Shown here piece after piece: positions 45,065-58,653 of a DNA stretch of 64,000 bases. The notes below the pieces were generated by a model. That model was given only the letters and a program-made list of their open reading frames with translations. It was not told the origin of the DNA and made no database searches. Source of the DNA: Emiliania huxleyi CCMP1516 (taxonomy: Eukaryota); assembly GCF_000372725.1 (NCBI RefSeq), contig NW_005201213.1:62001-126000 (forward strand), written 5' to 3'. Within the stretch, counting starts at the first letter, position 1. Each line of letters opens with the position of its first letter. The position numbers were made by a program, and so were the translations under genes.

Positions 45065-45530
45065 ACGTGGCGCGTGTGTTGCTTGTGTGTGACGCGTGTG
45101 TGGCGCGTGTGTGGCGCGTGTGTGGCGCGTGTGTGGCGTGTGTGTGGCGTGTGTGTGGCGCGTTTGTGGCGCGTGTGTGGCGCGCGTGACACGTGTGAGA
45201 CGGGGCAGGAGACAGTCGTGAGACAGGAGTTTGATCAAGAGAGCGGGACGCCAAGGCCAGCGAGCCAGGGGAGAGATGTGAGGAGCGACGCACTGTGTCA
45301 GCAAGCAGAGATGGTGTGAGGCCACGTGTGACGTGGGTGTGGCATGGGTGTGGCAGCTGTGAGACGGGGCAGGAGACAGTCGTGAGACAGGAGTTTGATC
45401 AAGAGAGCGGGACGCCAAGGCCAGCGAGCCAGGGGAGAGATGTGAGGAGCGACGCACTGTGTCAGCAAGCAGAGATGGTGTGAGGCCACGTGTGACGTGG
45501 GTGTGGCTTGGATGTGGCAGCTGTGAGACT
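45065..45530. repeat. (GTGTGGCGCGT)n-like array followed by a tandem duplication of about 164 bp
   Basis: Units start at about 45195 and 45359. Confidence 0.85.
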
Positions 45531-46146
45531 AGAGTGAGACTGCAGTGAGACAACAGCGAGTGCAGTGAGACATCAGAGAGGCGCGGTGGGCGCCACTCGA
45601 GACGTGTGTGGCGGGAAGGAGAAGGGGGGGGGGGGGGGGGGGGGAGGTTTTCCTGGCCTTAAGCGAGCCACGGAGAACCGTGTTGGCCTTGTGAGTCTTT
45701 CGCGGGGCTGCCGGGACCGCGGGATAATGTTTTCCCGGGCAGGAACACCCTCCGGGGGTCTTTTAAACCAACTATGCCGGCCAAGCCCAGCTGTTCGGAG
45801 TATGGGAGATATAACGATATGATAACCTCCGCGGGCGCCGGCGGGGCCAGCGGGGAGCGGGCGGCGGGCCCAGCGCTCGGCCAGGGAACCCATATATCTT
45901 ATATGGTTATGGAATATGCCATAACGCAGAAGCTGCCCAGGCCAGCTGACCGGCAGTGTGTGTGTTACACTAGTGTGAGAGAGAGTTTTGTGCTTTGTTT
46001 GCACTAGTGTGGCGAGATGCCATGCACGCAATCCCATTCCGGCCAGCAATCCCGGACCACAGCAGCGTGTTCTCGGAGAGGCGAGGCAAAACCACTCACC
46101 GAAAAACAAACACTCTCTCTCTCTCACCGTACACCGACAGCTCTAG

Positions 46147-46463
46147 CAAACAAACAAACAGCTGCTCCACGAGACGTTCGGCGGCGGCTTCTCGCCCACC
46201 GCCGTTCTCAAGCTGCGCCGCCTCGCGCGCAAAGCCGCGCGCGGCAGCGTCGACCGCACGGCCTACTCGCCCAAGTACTCGCTTTCTTTTATGTCCCATC
46301 ATGCAGAGCGCATCTCTCTCTCTGTTGTGCGAGGCGTGAACCGCGCCATTCGCTCTCACCTGGCAACCCTGTCTGCACGTCTCGCGCGCGCGTGAACAGG
46401 GCTCCAGGCCCCAAATGACGTGTGAGTGTTAGAGTTGTTTGGTATTGCTAAAAATCTCTCTCT
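46147..46463 (+). mobile_element. 5'-truncated CRE-like (restriction-like endonuclease) non-LTR element, family A
   Basis: LLHETFGGGFSP...RISLSVVRGVNRAI, tail CTAAAAATCTCTCTC, TSD CAGCTCTAG at 46138-46146 and 46464-46472. Confidence 0.75.
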
Positions 46464-46691
46464 CAGCTCTAGTATAACAGTGTACAGCGGTGAGAATTAG
46501 TTCAACTGTGAACAGGGACATGCACACGCACACGCACACGCACATGTGCATGTGCACGCCACACGTGCATGCACATGCATATGCACATGCACGTGCACGT
46601 GCACGGGACGTGTCTGTCAGGGCCGCTTGCCTTCTCGCTTCTGCCCTGTTTGTCGGCCCCTTGCGAGACGCTCGAATCCCCCACTTCACCC

Positions 46692-47501
46692 ATGGATGTG
46701 CAGACGCGCAGCGAGTCTATCAACAAGCATGTTGCCTTCCGCATGTGCGTCGCCACCGTCCTTCTCGCCATCAGCGGCATCTTTGTCGTGGTTGCGTGTG
46801 CTGTGCCGGCATTCTCTGCCGGGACGCCAACCTTCATATATGAAGTGGACGGGAGCGATTACGGTGGGTCGGTTGGCTATGGCATCTGGGGCGTCGGCGG
46901 ATATCTGAACGAAGACAGCTGCGACGCGGTCAACGCGTTCATCACGCTTCGTGGTGGCGAAGAATGGTCTTGCTCGGACGTGGTCTCCTACCACTGCGAG
47001 TACGTCTCGTCGCCACGCATCCAGGAAGGCCTTGACAACATTCTCTGCGGCTACGCCCGCAGCATCGCATGGGAGGCGCGCTCCTGCGACGACGACGACG
47101 ACTGCGCCGAAGGCGACACCTGCGGCGGTGACGACAAGTGCTCCGGCGGCGCGGTCGGCAACTCGGCCACGCTCAAGCCCTGGATCGCGGGCGCGGAGGC
47201 GACATCGATCTTGACGGTTCTGCTTGTGTTCGTCGCCTTTGTGCTCGCCTGCCACGGCTCCCGCTCCAGGCGGCCCAAGCCCTGCCTCACCGCCGCCCTC
47301 GTCGCCGCGGCGGCGGTGCTCTCGGTCGTGCCGTTCGCGCTGTGGGAGTTGATCGCCTGCGTGACACTCGTGGACGACCCCGCAGACTTGGAGTGCGGCC
47401 GCTCGTGGTCGTACGCCCTCCAGGTCTGCGGCTTCCTGATCCTCATCATCGCCCTGTTCACGCTGCCCGGTGTTGAGAAGATTTGTGAGATTTGTTCTTA
47501 G
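46692..47501 (+). CDS. Four-TM claudin/PMP22-like membrane protein
   Basis: TM1, a large Cys-rich loop with GIW, three C-terminal TMs and a WSYAL motif before TM4. Confidence 0.6.
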   Translation: MDVQTRSESINKHVAFRMCVATVLLAISGIFVVVACAVPAFSAGTPTFIYEVDGSDYGGSVGYGIWGVGGYLNEDSCDAVNAFITLRGGEEWSCSDVVSYHCEYVSSPRIQEGLDNILCGYARSIAWEARSCDDDDDCAEGDTCGGDDKCSGGAVGNSATLKPWIAGAEATSILTVLLVFVAFVLACHGSRSRRPKPCLTAALVAAAAVLSVVPFALWELIACVTLVDDPADLECGRSWSYALQVCGFLILIIALFTLPGVEKICEICS

Positions 47502-48315
47502 TGTTGTGACCGCTCCACACGCGACACGGGCTCCTGTCGTTGCTTAGGGGTGGAGACGAGGAGACCCCTTGCCCCACCGCCTCGTGTGTGTAGACAAGTT
47601 TTTACTGGAATGATCCCAGCGGCACACGTCTACAAGGGGGGACTCCGAACGGCCTGGCATGTCGGCTAACTAGGTAGGTCATAGACCTTCCCGAACCCCG
47701 CATGTCCGCATCGGGGGGAGGGCGGCTCGTAACTGAGGTTCGCCGTCAGAGACAGTCGTCCTCCCCTACTCGGCCATTCCAACGGCCAGGCCGCTCGCTT
47801 AAGGCTGATTGGCTAGACGAGCGGTCTACCTCCAACGGGGCGGTCCGGGAACGCGTGGAACCTGCCCACCTCGGTGGGAGGTGGTTTGGCGCCGACGGAC
47901 CGCCCCCTCCACCACCCTCGCCCAGGGATCTACAACGCTGTCTTAAGGTCCGACCTGTGGGCTCCGCGCTCCGGCCTGCGCTCGGCACCGGGCACCTCTT
48001 AGCGCCATCGCCATGGACCTGCAAGCAGCGCCGGGCGACGACGACTTACCGCCTCCCGGTCCCCCTCGGCACACCTCCGCTGCTTAATGATTGACGACTC
48101 GAACCCGTGAAGCTTCCCCGTGCGCGGGTTACCCCGCACACGGGCCAGCCTGCCAGCCACGTATCCACGCAAGCGTGGTCCGCGCGCATGGCATACAGGC
48201 GTTCGCCAGACAGCGCAGAGGCTAGGCGACCGGGGAAGGACTAGCTCAAGGGCAACACAGCCGGACCACCTCCACACGTCTCCCAGCCTAAAATCCGGGG
48301 ACGTCCGAACGCGCG

Positions 48316-50023
48316 ATGAAGCTCCGCCTATCAAAGCTGCTGCGCGTGAGGCGCACGTCTCGGGCAACCTCAGTCCCATCGAGCTTCAATGTGGGAGGGG
48401 GCGATGATCTGCCCGCTCCAGTCGATCGGGCGGTGTCGGTGGAGGCAACCACGTTGTTAGAAGGCGTTGGTGGTGAGGCAGAGAGCGTGCCACAGCTCGG
48501 GTGGGGCGCCTCCAGTGACGAGGGTGAAGAGAGCGTGCCACAGCCCAAATATGGGACGTCCAGCGCCACGAAGCCGGTTGAAGACGACTACGGTGATCAA
48601 CCGGCTGATCATGAGCGAGAGTTTGCACCTGCATCTGATCTAGACCTCAAAGAGACCATTGCCGAGGCGGGAGCAAGGTTGGCAGAGGGCGGGAGGGCGT
48701 TGGCGAGCGCTCCCGCAGATTTAGACATCAGCGATACCAACGTGGCAGGCATCGGGAGCGAGGAGGACAAGGGTCTTCGCAAGTCGGCCGCGCAGAAGGA
48801 GGCGGCCTGGAAGGGCTGCGGTAGGGCGCCAGGCGTCGAGGTGTGGCGAGTTGAGCAGTTCGAAATCAAGCCGTGGCCAAAGGAGGAGCACGGCAAGTTC
48901 TACAAGGGCGACTCGTACATTGTCCTCCATACCCACAAAGAGGACGGCTCGACCAAGCTCCTCTACGACTTGTACTTCTGGCTGGGGCAAGTACGCACGT
49001 AGTAGGCAGGCCGTCAATCGGCGCCATCGTCGTGTGCCTCCTTCGAGACACTTTGAGACACACTACGCGGGCACACATTCTCACAGGTAGCAGGCGGTAT
49101 ACATTTACCAGACCACCACGGCCAACCCCGGCCAGGAGTCGACGGCGGACGAGCAAGGCACCGCCGCCTATAAGACGGTCGAGCTCGACGACTTGCTCGA
49201 TGGCGCTCCGATCCAGCACCGCGAGGTGTGACTGTCCCTTGAGAGCGACACGCGGTGTTGGAAACGTGATGAGTGTAGCATGGTTGCTCAGGTAATGCTT
49301 CACGAGAGCAACGCCTTTCGCTCGCTCTTCAAGACCGTCTCATACCTCGAGGGCGGCGTCGACTCGGGCTTCAACAAAGTCGAGCCCGGTGCCTTCAGCA
49401 GCCGCCTGCTGCAAATTAAGCGTGTCAAGAAGAACACGGCCATCATCCAGGTGCCCTGCCGGGCGACGTCTCTCAACCATGGCGACGTTTTTATCCTTGA
49501 CACGGGTGCGACCATCTACGCGTGGGAGGGCGCTGACTGCTCGCCGTTTGAGAAGCTCGCGGCCGACCAGGCTGCCTACGAACTCGCGTCTGAGCGCAAT
49601 GGCGCGTCGTCCATCTCGAGGGAGGCGGACGAGTACTTCTGGAGCAAGCTGGGCGGGGAACCGAGGCAGATCGCCAGCAAGGAGGAGGCGGGCGAGACGC
49701 TGCCAAAACCGCCCGAAGGCGGCGAGGCCGTCCTCTTCCAGCTCTCAGACTCGAGCGGCGAGCTCACGATGAGCGAGGTTGGACGCGGCAGCCTGGGGAA
49801 GGGCCTGCTCCACTCCGATGACGTGTACGTGTGCGACGCCGGAGGAGAGGGCCTGCTCGTCTGGGTCGGTGCGGGCGCCACGCAAAAGGAGCGCGCCGCG
49901 GCCATGAACACGGCGACTAAATACCTCAAGCAGTACGGCAAGAAAACTAGCACACCTGTAACGGTGCTCAAGGAGCACGGGGCCGACCGGAACAAGATCT
50001 TTCAGAAGGTCTTTGCCTACTGA
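48316..50023 (+). CDS. Gelsolin/severin-like three-domain actin-severing protein
   Basis: GVEVWRVEQF, GKFYKGDSYIVL, FWLG|ESTADEQGTAAYKTVELDD, YLEGGVDSGF and SLNHGDVFILD. Introns 48991-49135 and 49226-49291. Start uncertain. Confidence 0.9.
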
Positions 50024-51678
50024 AGCCGACTGGTGTACAACTAACAACACCCCAAAACGTGTATCGATGCGGAGCGCGTGACTCCCGAGGTGAGCTCCGG
50101 CGGGCGGGGTCTACGCTTTGTGCCAGAGCCCGACCTCACACCCATGCGCCATAGTCTAAGGGGGGGTTGAAAGAGGCTCGATAATATTACTTCCTTGTAT
50201 TCAATACGCACGCCGCCTTGGTAGAGGGTCCGCAGCGTCCTAATCTAAAATCTGAGGATTCAGGATTGAGGCATCGCTTCAGTGAGGTCAAAGTGAGTTT
50301 ATGGATGTGTGAGAACGGTACAGGACACGAGGAGTCACGCGGACCGACTCGTCGGTGACTCTGCTGCACGCCGTTTCATAGTTTTTCTCAGCGTGAGCGA
50401 GACGTGGAAGAGTGCCACCGTCGGGTAGGACGGTCGGCCCGGAGTATCAGAGTAGCCGTCGTGGTCGCGGCGAGCAGCGCCGGCCACTCCGGCGCCGCGT
50501 CGGCACCGTGGGAGCATGTCCACCGCCACTTCGCGGTCGCAGCGCTGTTTTGTCGCGAAACGCCGCATGTACCTCTGGCGAGCCAAAGATCGACTCGCAT
50601 GTCGATTTCGACTTGACGGGCGCATGGAGGCATCACGTCTCCATTGCCGCCGTCAAGTCGGAGCCAGTCTGCGGCGACCACAGCGCTTGCAGGAGGTACA
50701 TGCGAGCTTTTCAGAGTCAAGCGATTGCGCGGAATCCCACACTGGTGGATTTGGGATCCGTAGCCAGTGCATAGAGTTCTGTTCACTGTTCTCTCGAGGT
50801 TCTCGAGGTGGATATCCTTTGGCCGCGTTGGGTAGCGAGGATGTGAGTGTGTGTGTGACGCGAGGATTGGTGTAACCCGAGCCACGGAGGCGTGTTTTCT
50901 GACGGCCGACCGTCAGTGCACGGAGTTGCCCCTTCTCCGACTGCCCCGGCTAGTTCACGGGTTTCGCGGGAGTGACCCCATGCGTCAAACCCGAGACCTA
51001 GCGCGGGTGGGTTGGAGGGGGGCTCGCTGCAGGGAAGGGCTGTGTAAGAAGCCGATCCCCGTAGTCTGCCCCGCTCCTCCCCATCGGGCCGCATGAGCGG
51101 CCACGCCTCGCAGATTCGTTTTCGCGCCTGGGTCAGGCGCGCGGGGCATCCCCCGGGTCGCTCGACCAGCGGTCCGAAGATGTGGCCGCTATGCGAAGGA
51201 AAGAGTGGGGCCCTCGACGCCTCAGTCCGGCCCTCCGAGGGGGGAAGGGAATTGCGGGGTCCCCACGGGCGCCTCAGTTCGGCCCTCCCGAGGGGGGGGG
51301 GGGGGGGGGAACAAAGGGGTGGGGGGATTTGGGTTGTGGGAAAGGGTCTCGTTTCGTGCCCCGCAAAGCGTCTCGGTTCGTCGTCCCGCGCGGGGCCGGC
51401 CCGTGGGGCTCCAGAAGGGCCGGAATCCTCGCCGCTGGTGGCGTGTCGCAGTCTCGGCACACCCGTGATGTGCTCTGTGATGTATGGCTTCTAGCTGGAA
51501 ACGGTCTAGCTGGAGCGTGCGCGGGCCGCGGGCGGCGGGGCCCCGCGGGGCCGCGGCCCCGCGCGGCGGGCGGGTTGCCGCCGGCGGCGACGCTGTCGCT
51601 GCGATTTCGTGTCGTGTGTGCATGAAAAGTGCAGATGTAACTTAGCATGCGGGCGGACCCCTCACAGCTCACAGCTCA

Positions 51679-53107
51679 CTAAGCAGAGCCGCCGCGCCCC
51701 GCGCCCCGCCCACCCCGCCCGCCCGGCCCACCCCGCCCGCCCCGTCCACGCCCCCCTCTCCCCCCTCGCCCACCGACCGCCGCCGTGGCGCCCACGGGCT
51801 GGGCCTGGGGCACGGTGCGAGTGGGCGGCTGGTGGACAAACGTCGTCTGCGCCGCCACCAGCCGCCCAGTTGCGGCGATGGGCAGCGCTGGCTGGCGGCA
51901 GGCCGGGCAGTTGCTGTCGCGCTCCAGCACGCGCGGCGCACATGTCTCGCAGTACAGCGCGTGGCCGCACGCGAAGCGGACCGAGCGCGGCGCGTCGTAG
52001 CAGAGGTCACACTGGCGCTCCTCGGCCCCAACCTTCTCCTCCACCTCCCCCGCTGCTTCGACTAGCGCCTCCAGCCGCGGCAGCGCCTCTGCGAGCGGCA
52101 TCCGCCTCTTCTTCCTCACGAGAGCCAGCCCGACCACCAGCCGCGCCAACTCCTCGGCTTGCGCCGCCGACCAGCCCGCGTCGGCCGCCGCGATCGATCC
52201 TTCCGCCGTGTCGGGCTCCTCAAGCGCATCGTCGCACTCGTCGAGGAGGCCGACGGCGCCGCGGCCGGTCAGGGCGACGAGCAGCGTGATGCCGAGCGCA
52301 TAGCCGTCGGTCAGCGCTGACGCCTGCCCGCTCTGCGAGATGATTGGGTCCATGTACCCAAGCTTACCGAAGAGGCGCTGCGTCGACAGGTGCGACACCT
52401 GCTGGCTGCTGCCGGCCGTCGCCTCTGCCGCGCGCGCGAGGCCCACGTCGGCGAGGTAGCCGTTGCCGCGCTCGTCGAGCAGGATGTTGCCCGCCGAGAC
52501 GTCGCGGTGCAGGATCATGGGAGAGAGCGTGTGCAAGTAATGCAGCGCGCTTGCGGCGTCGCGCAGCACGCGGAGCCGCGCGGCGGAGGAGAGCGGCGGA
52601 GGCGGCGTCTCGAAACCGAGCATGCGGAGCCGCTGCAGCGCGGCCGGCGTGCGGTAGAGGCGGTCCTCGAGGCTGCCGCCGCGGCAGAGGGGGTAGACGA
52701 GGCACGCTCTCGCCGGTGCCAAGCAGACGCCGAGAAGAGGGAGCAGGGACCGGTGACACGCCGCGCTGAGCGTGCGCACCTCGCTCTGCAGCTCGGCGAG
52801 GCCTTGGGCGCCGACACCGACCAGCGCCGTCTTGACGGCGAACCCGCAAGCGACGCGCGGGAGAGACGGCAGCGCGTCGCAGCGATAGACGCGCCCAAAG
52901 CCGCCCTCGCCCACCTTGCGCGCCTCGGCAAAGCCGTCCGTCGCCGTAATCAGCTCGTCGAGAGGGACAGCGACGGGCGGCGCGGCGGCGGCGGCGAGGG
53001 CGGCGACACTCGCCGAAGCCGCCGCTGCCGCCGCTGCTGCCGTCGCCTCCGCTGCCGCCGCCTCTTGAGCCTCCGCCGCCGCCACGGCCGCCACCGCCGC
53101 CTCTACA

Positions 53108-53175
<68 letters not shown>

Positions 53176-56100
53176 CTCCGCCTCCGCTTCCGCCCTCATC
53201 CTCGCCTCCTCCCTCTCCCTTGCCGCCTCCTCCCTCGCCCTCGCCTCCGCCTCCTCCCTTGCCCGCGATGCCGCCTCCGCCTCCTCCGCCGCCCGCGCCG
53301 CCGCCTCCGCCTCCTCCGATGCCCGCGCCGCCCGCGCCTCCTCCGCCGCCCGCGCCTCCTCCGCCGCCCGCGCCTCGTCCGCCGCCCGCGCCGCCGCCTC
53401 TGCCTGCCTCGCCGCCGCCTTCTCCTCCTTCTGCCGCTGCCGCTTCAGCGGCTTGGCCAGGTCATCGCGCAGCAGCCGCGCCGCCCGCAGCGCCTCCGAG
53501 CCGTTGGCGGCGTCGACGTTCGCGTTGATCGCCGCCCTGAGCGCCTCGAGATCGGCGTCGCCTCGGCCGCACGCCTCAACCGCCTCGCGCAGCGCAGCCT
53601 CGGCAGCATCGCGCGCCTCCGCCGCCTCCGCAGCCGCTGCCGCCTCGCGTGCGGCTGCCGCGGCCTGTTCTACCACCGCCGTCTCCCCCTCAGCCTCTGC
53701 TGCGGTCGACGAGTGCTCCTCGAGGGCGCACACGCACGCGGCGTGGCCATTCTCCTCGGCCCAATGAAGCGCCGTGTTGCCGTTCGCATCGCGCGCCGCC
53801 GTGTCTGCGCCCGCCTGCAGCAAGCGCCGCACGACGGCGGTGCGGTTGAAGAAGGCGGCGCCCATCAGCGCGGTCCAGCCTTCGCTGCTCTGCAAGTTGA
53901 CCTCAGCACCATGTCGTATCAGCAAGTCGACCACCCGCTCGTGGCCCTGGAGGGCGGCGAGCGTCAGCGCGGTGTAGCCATTGCTGTCCTGCAAGTTGAC
54001 ATCAGCGCCGTGCTGGAGCAACACCTCGACCACCCGCTCGTGGCCGTGGACGGCGGCTTTCATCAGCAGCGTGATGCCGCTCGTCTCGCCCTTCTCGTAC
54101 GTCGCGTCGGCCCGCCCGCCGCCCTCGAGCCACGCCAGCACCGCCTCCTCCTTGCCTCCCTCAGCCGCTGCCACGACCGCGTCGGGGGCTGCCACGCCGC
54201 CGCTCGACGCCCGCCCCGCCGCCGCCGCCGGAGATAGCGTCTTCGCGACTCTCGGTCCAGCCGAGGAAGCGCCGCCGGAGGAAGCGCCGCCTGCGCCTGC
54301 GCCGCCGGCTGCCGCCGCAATGGGCCGTCCCGCCACCACCGACTCCTTGACGTGCTGCCGGAAGGCCTCGACGCACTCGGCGTGGCCCCTCTCCTTGGCC
54401 CAATGCAGCGCCGTCATGCCGCTCTCACTGCGCACCGCCGTGTCTGCGCCCGCCCGCAGCAAGCACCGCACGACGGCGGGGTGGTTGAAGGCGGCGGCGC
54501 CGATCAGCGCGGTCAAGCCGTTGCTGCTCTGCAGGTTGACCTCAGCACCGCGCCGTATCAGCAAATCGACCACCCGCTCGTGGCCATAGTGGGCGGCGCC
54601 CATCAGCGCGGTGCTGCTGACGCTGTCCTGCAGGTTGACCTCAGCGCCGCGCTGGAGCAGCAGCTCGACCACCCGCTCGTGGCCTTCGCTGGCGGCGTCC
54701 ATCAGCGCGGAGTCGCCCTCGCTGCTCTGCAGGTTGATCTCCGCGCCGCGCTGCAGCAACAGCTCGACCAGCCGCTCGTGGCCGTGGTTGGCGGCGCCCA
54801 TCAGCAGCGTGAGGCCGCTCACCTCGCCCTTCTCGTACGTCGCGTCGGCCCGCCCGCCGCTGTCAAGCCACGCCAGCACAGCCTCCTCCTCGCCCCGCTC
54901 AGCTGCTGCCACGACCGCATCGGGGGCTGTCGCGACACCGCTCGACGCCCGCTCCGCCGCCACCGCTGGAGACAGCGTCTTTGCAACTCTCGGTCCAGCC
55001 GAGGAAGCGCCGCCGGAGGAAGCGCCGCCTGCGCCTGCGCCGCCGGCTGCCGCCGCAATGGGCCGTCCCGCCACCACCGACTCCTTGACGTGCTGCCGGA
55101 AGGCCTCGACGCACTCGGCGTGGCCCTTCTCCTTGGCCCAACGCAGCGCCGTCTTGCCGCTCATACCGCGCGCCGCCGTGTCTGCGCCCGCCCGCAGCAA
55201 GCACCGCACGACGGCGGGGTGGTTGAAGAAGGCGGCGTTCATCAGCGCGGTGGAGCCTTTGCTGCTCTGCAAGTTGACCTCTGCGCCGTGCTGCAGCAGC
55301 AGCTCGACCACCCGCTCCTGGCCGTAGCGGGCGGCGTGCATAAGCGCGGTAGCGCCGTTGCTGTTCTGCAGGTTGACCTCAGCGCCGTGCCGCAGCAGCA
55401 GCTCGACCACCCGCTCGTGGCCCTGGAGGGCGGCGCCCATCAGCGCGGTGACGCCGCCGCTGTTCTGCTGGTTGATCTCAGCGCCGCGCCGCAGCAGCAG
55501 CTCGACCACCCGTTCGTGGCCCTGGAGGGCGGCGCCCATCAGCGCGGTGCCGCCGTCGCTGCTCTGCAGGTTGATCTCCGCGCCGCGCTGCAGCAACAGC
55601 TCGACCAGCCGCTCGTGGCCGTGGTTGGCGGCGCCCATCAGCAGCGTGAGGCCGCTCACCTCGCCCTTCTCGTACGTCGCGTTGACCCGCCCGCCGCCCT
55701 CGAGCCACGCCAGCACCGCCTCCTCCTCGCCTCGCTGAGCTGCTGCGACGACCGCATCGGAGACTGCCACGCCGCCGCTCGACGCCCGCCCCGCCGCCGC
55801 CGCCGGAGATAGCGTCTCCGCGACTCTCGATCCAGCCGAGGAAGCGCCGCCGGAGGAAGCGCCGCCTGCGCCTGCGCCGCCGGCTGCCATCGCCGTGGGC
55901 CGTGCCGCCACGACCGACTCCTTGACGTGCTGCCGGAACGCCTCGACGCACTCGGTGTGGCCTTGATCGTTGGCCCAATGCAGCGCCGTCTTGCCGCTCG
56001 CACTGCGCGCCGCGGTGTCTGCGCCTGCCTGCAGCAAGCGCCGCACGACGGCGGGGCGGTTGAAGAGGGCGGCGTACATCAGCGCGGTGTAGCCGTTGCT

Positions 56101-57354
56101 GTTCTGCAGGTTGATCTCAGCGCCGCGCCGAATCAGCAAATCGACCACTTGCTCGTTGCCGTTGCCGGCGGCGCAGATCAGCGCGGTGCGGCCGTCGCTG
56201 TCCCGCAGGTTGACCTCAGCGCCGTGCCGTATCAGCAGCTCGACCACCCGCTCGTGGCCTCGGAATGCGGCGAACATCAGCGCGGTGCTGCCGTTGCTAC
56301 TCTGCAGGTTGGCCTCTGCGCCGTGCTGCAGCAGCAGCTCGACCACCCGCTCGTGGCCTTTGACGGCGGCGTCCATCAGCGCGGTGATGCCGTTACTGTT
56401 CTGCAGGTTGAGCTCAGCGCCGCGCTGCAGCAGTAACTCGACCACCCGCTCGTGGCCTTCCTGGGCGGCGTTCATCAGCGCGGTGTGGCCGATGCTGTTC
56501 TGCAAGTTGACCCCCGCGCCGCGCCGTATCAGCAGCTCGACCAACCGCTCGTGGCCGTAGTTGGCGGCGCCCATCAGCAGCGTGAGGCCGCTCGCCTTGC
56601 CTCTCTCGTACGTCGCGTCGGCCCGCCCGCCACTGTCGAGCCACGCCAGCACCGCCTCCTCCTCGCCACGCTCCGCTGCTGCGCTAACCGCATCGGAGGC
56701 TGCCGCGGCACCGCTCGACACCGCCGGCGACAATTTACTCGGCCGCACCCGCACGCTCTCGCCGCCGCCCTCGAGCGCCACCGCGTACCGCCCGCCCTCG
56801 AAGCTCTGTGCCACGCCCCGCTGCCCGTTCAGCTCGGGGCGGGCCGAGAGCCCGCCGAGCACGACTCGCTGGCCGAGCAGCGGCGCGTCCACCGCTGCCG
56901 CTGCCGCGCCCGAGGAAGCGCCGCCCGCCCCTGCCCGGCCGTCTGCAGCCGCCGCCGCCTCCGACAAAACCTTGACGCACTCGGCGTGGCCCTTCTCCTT
57001 GGCAAACTGCAGCGCCGTCTTGCCGTGAAGAGTGCGCGCCGCGTCTGCGCCCGCCCGCAGCAAGCGCTGCACGACGGCGGGGTGGTTGAGGAGGGCGGCG
57101 ATCATCAGCGCGGTGCCGCCGTTGCTGTTCTGCAGGTTGACATCAGCACCGTGCTGCAGCAGCAGCTCGACCACCCGCTCGTGGCCGTAGCCGGCGGCGG
57201 TCACCAGCAGCGTGAGGCCGCTGATGCCGTCTCTCTCGTACGTCGCGTCGGCCCGCCCGCCGCCCTCGAGCCACGCCAGCACCGCCTCCTCCTCGCCACG
57301 CTCAGCCGCTAGCACGGCCGCATCCGAGCAGCTCAGGGAACCAGCACCCACCAT
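51679..57354 (-). CDS. Multi-ankyrin + coiled coil + IRAK/Pelle-like kinase + RING + RGG-tail protein
   Basis: Five ankyrin blocks, GEGGFGRVY, AVK, HRDVSAGN, DVG, GYMDP, and CDLC...CGH..C..C...CPAC. Intronless ORF. Confidence 0.9.
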
Positions 57355-57930
57355 GGTCCCCGCTGTGTCGGCCCCGTGAACCGTCAGCTGTGAGAGCTCC
57401 TGTGTGTCTCTCACACCCTCACTGTCGGCGTATGCGTGCTTCTTGTTTTCTTATCACCCTATCTGTGAAGAGTGCGTAAGGGGTTGTTTTTGTCATGAGC
57501 TTGCCTGCGGCGAGGGCGGTCGAGTGCACGGAGCTAAGTGCCTCGCCGTCCTCGCAGGAGTCGCTTAGGCGGCTCCCGCGTGGTGTACACCTGTGTTAGT
57601 GCCAGTGCGCACCAGTCCCGTGCCTATAGTGTCGTGCGAGGAGTTGTTCGTAAGATTCTTTTTGTCAGTGGACAGTGCGCGCCAGTCCCGTGCCCAGGTA
57701 CACCACAGGCAAAAAGAATTTTAGAAGAGGCGCGGCACCGGCTGAGACGGAAGGGGGGGGGGGGGCAACATGGCACGGATGCTGCATTTCCGAGCGTCAA
57801 CATTTCACGACATCTGGTGGCTCCATCCGAAGCCGTTGTCGACAAAGTTCAGAGGTTCGCGAGAGTTGAACTCTACCCAGCTGCCGAGGTGGGCTGATAG
57901 CGGCGTGGCCAGCAAGAGTGTAACAGAGGG

Positions 57931-58653
57931 CTAGGCTGGTACGTTAGCTGGTGGCCGAGTAGGAGCTGCCACCCCCATGCGGCGTGCGGCACGCACGAGC
58001 CGCGCCACCGCGATTCGGCGTCGGAGGTGCTGCCACCGCCGCCGGAACAACCCCGCGTCGCAGGGCACCGCTCCCATGCCACAGAGCACGAGGCGTAAGC
58101 TCACCCTGCGGTGCTCCTCCGATGGATAGAGTGGCACCGCCACCGTGTCGAAGAGGGTGTACGGCGGCTGCCGCAGCACCTGCGGCGTGTGTTGAACCAA
58201 GGAGCGGAAAGGAACGCCGCCACGGGCGGGCTCCTGCTCGTGGACCATGGCGATGGCGATGCGCCGGTCCATCGCCGCTTGTACGAGGCGCGCGACGGCG
58301 CCGCCGGCGTCCAGAAAGGTCTTGTCGTTCAGGTAGAGCATGAACACGACGTGGCCCTCCGGGGCCGCATTGGCGAGCGCCTCCTCCGCCTCGCGGATTG
58401 TGACTACATCGGCGTTGGCAGCCAGGCCGCGCCCCTGCCTCGCGCTCGCCGCCGACTTGATCTCTTCCGACAATTCGAAAGCGCCCTCGTTGTCACGGCA
58501 GTGTAGGAGGGTGACAGGTCCGCTGAGGGCGACGGGCACCACCTCCCCGGGCACCGTCACGCCTGCTGCAAGCTCGGCCGTGCGCCTCTCATTTGTGTCA
58601 CACCACGCGGAACGCATCTCCATCGCTTCGGTGAAGGGGGTGAACCGTGCCAT
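57931..58653 (-). CDS. Possible TIR-like alpha/beta domain protein or gene fragment
   Basis: FMLYLNDKTF...LVQAAMD..IAIAMVHE...GGVPF...TP...AVPLY pattern, recalled from algal TIR-like domains. Confidence 0.4.
   Translation of the reverse strand: MARFTPFTEAMEMRSAWCDTNERRTAELAAGVTVPGEVVPVALSGPVTLLHCRDNEGAFELSEEIKSAASARQGRGLAANADVVTIREAEEALANAAPEGHVVFMLYLNDKTFLDAGGAVARLVQAAMDRRIAIAMVHEQEPARGGVPFRSLVQHTPQVLRQPPYTLFDTVAVPLYPSEEHRRVSLRLVLCGMGAVPCDAGLFRRRWQHLRRRIAVARLVRAARRMGVAAPTRPPANVPA

Noticed and set aside
46520..46605. Alternating purine-pyrimidine quasi-palindromic tract
   Set aside because: Simple (TGCACA/TGCACG)-type microsatellite with no evidence of function.
52390..57312. Long + strand ORFs opposite the ankyrin-kinase gene (likewise opposite the RCC1, kinesin and ARM genes)
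   Set aside because: These are antisense shadows caused by high GC3 and have no independent motifs.
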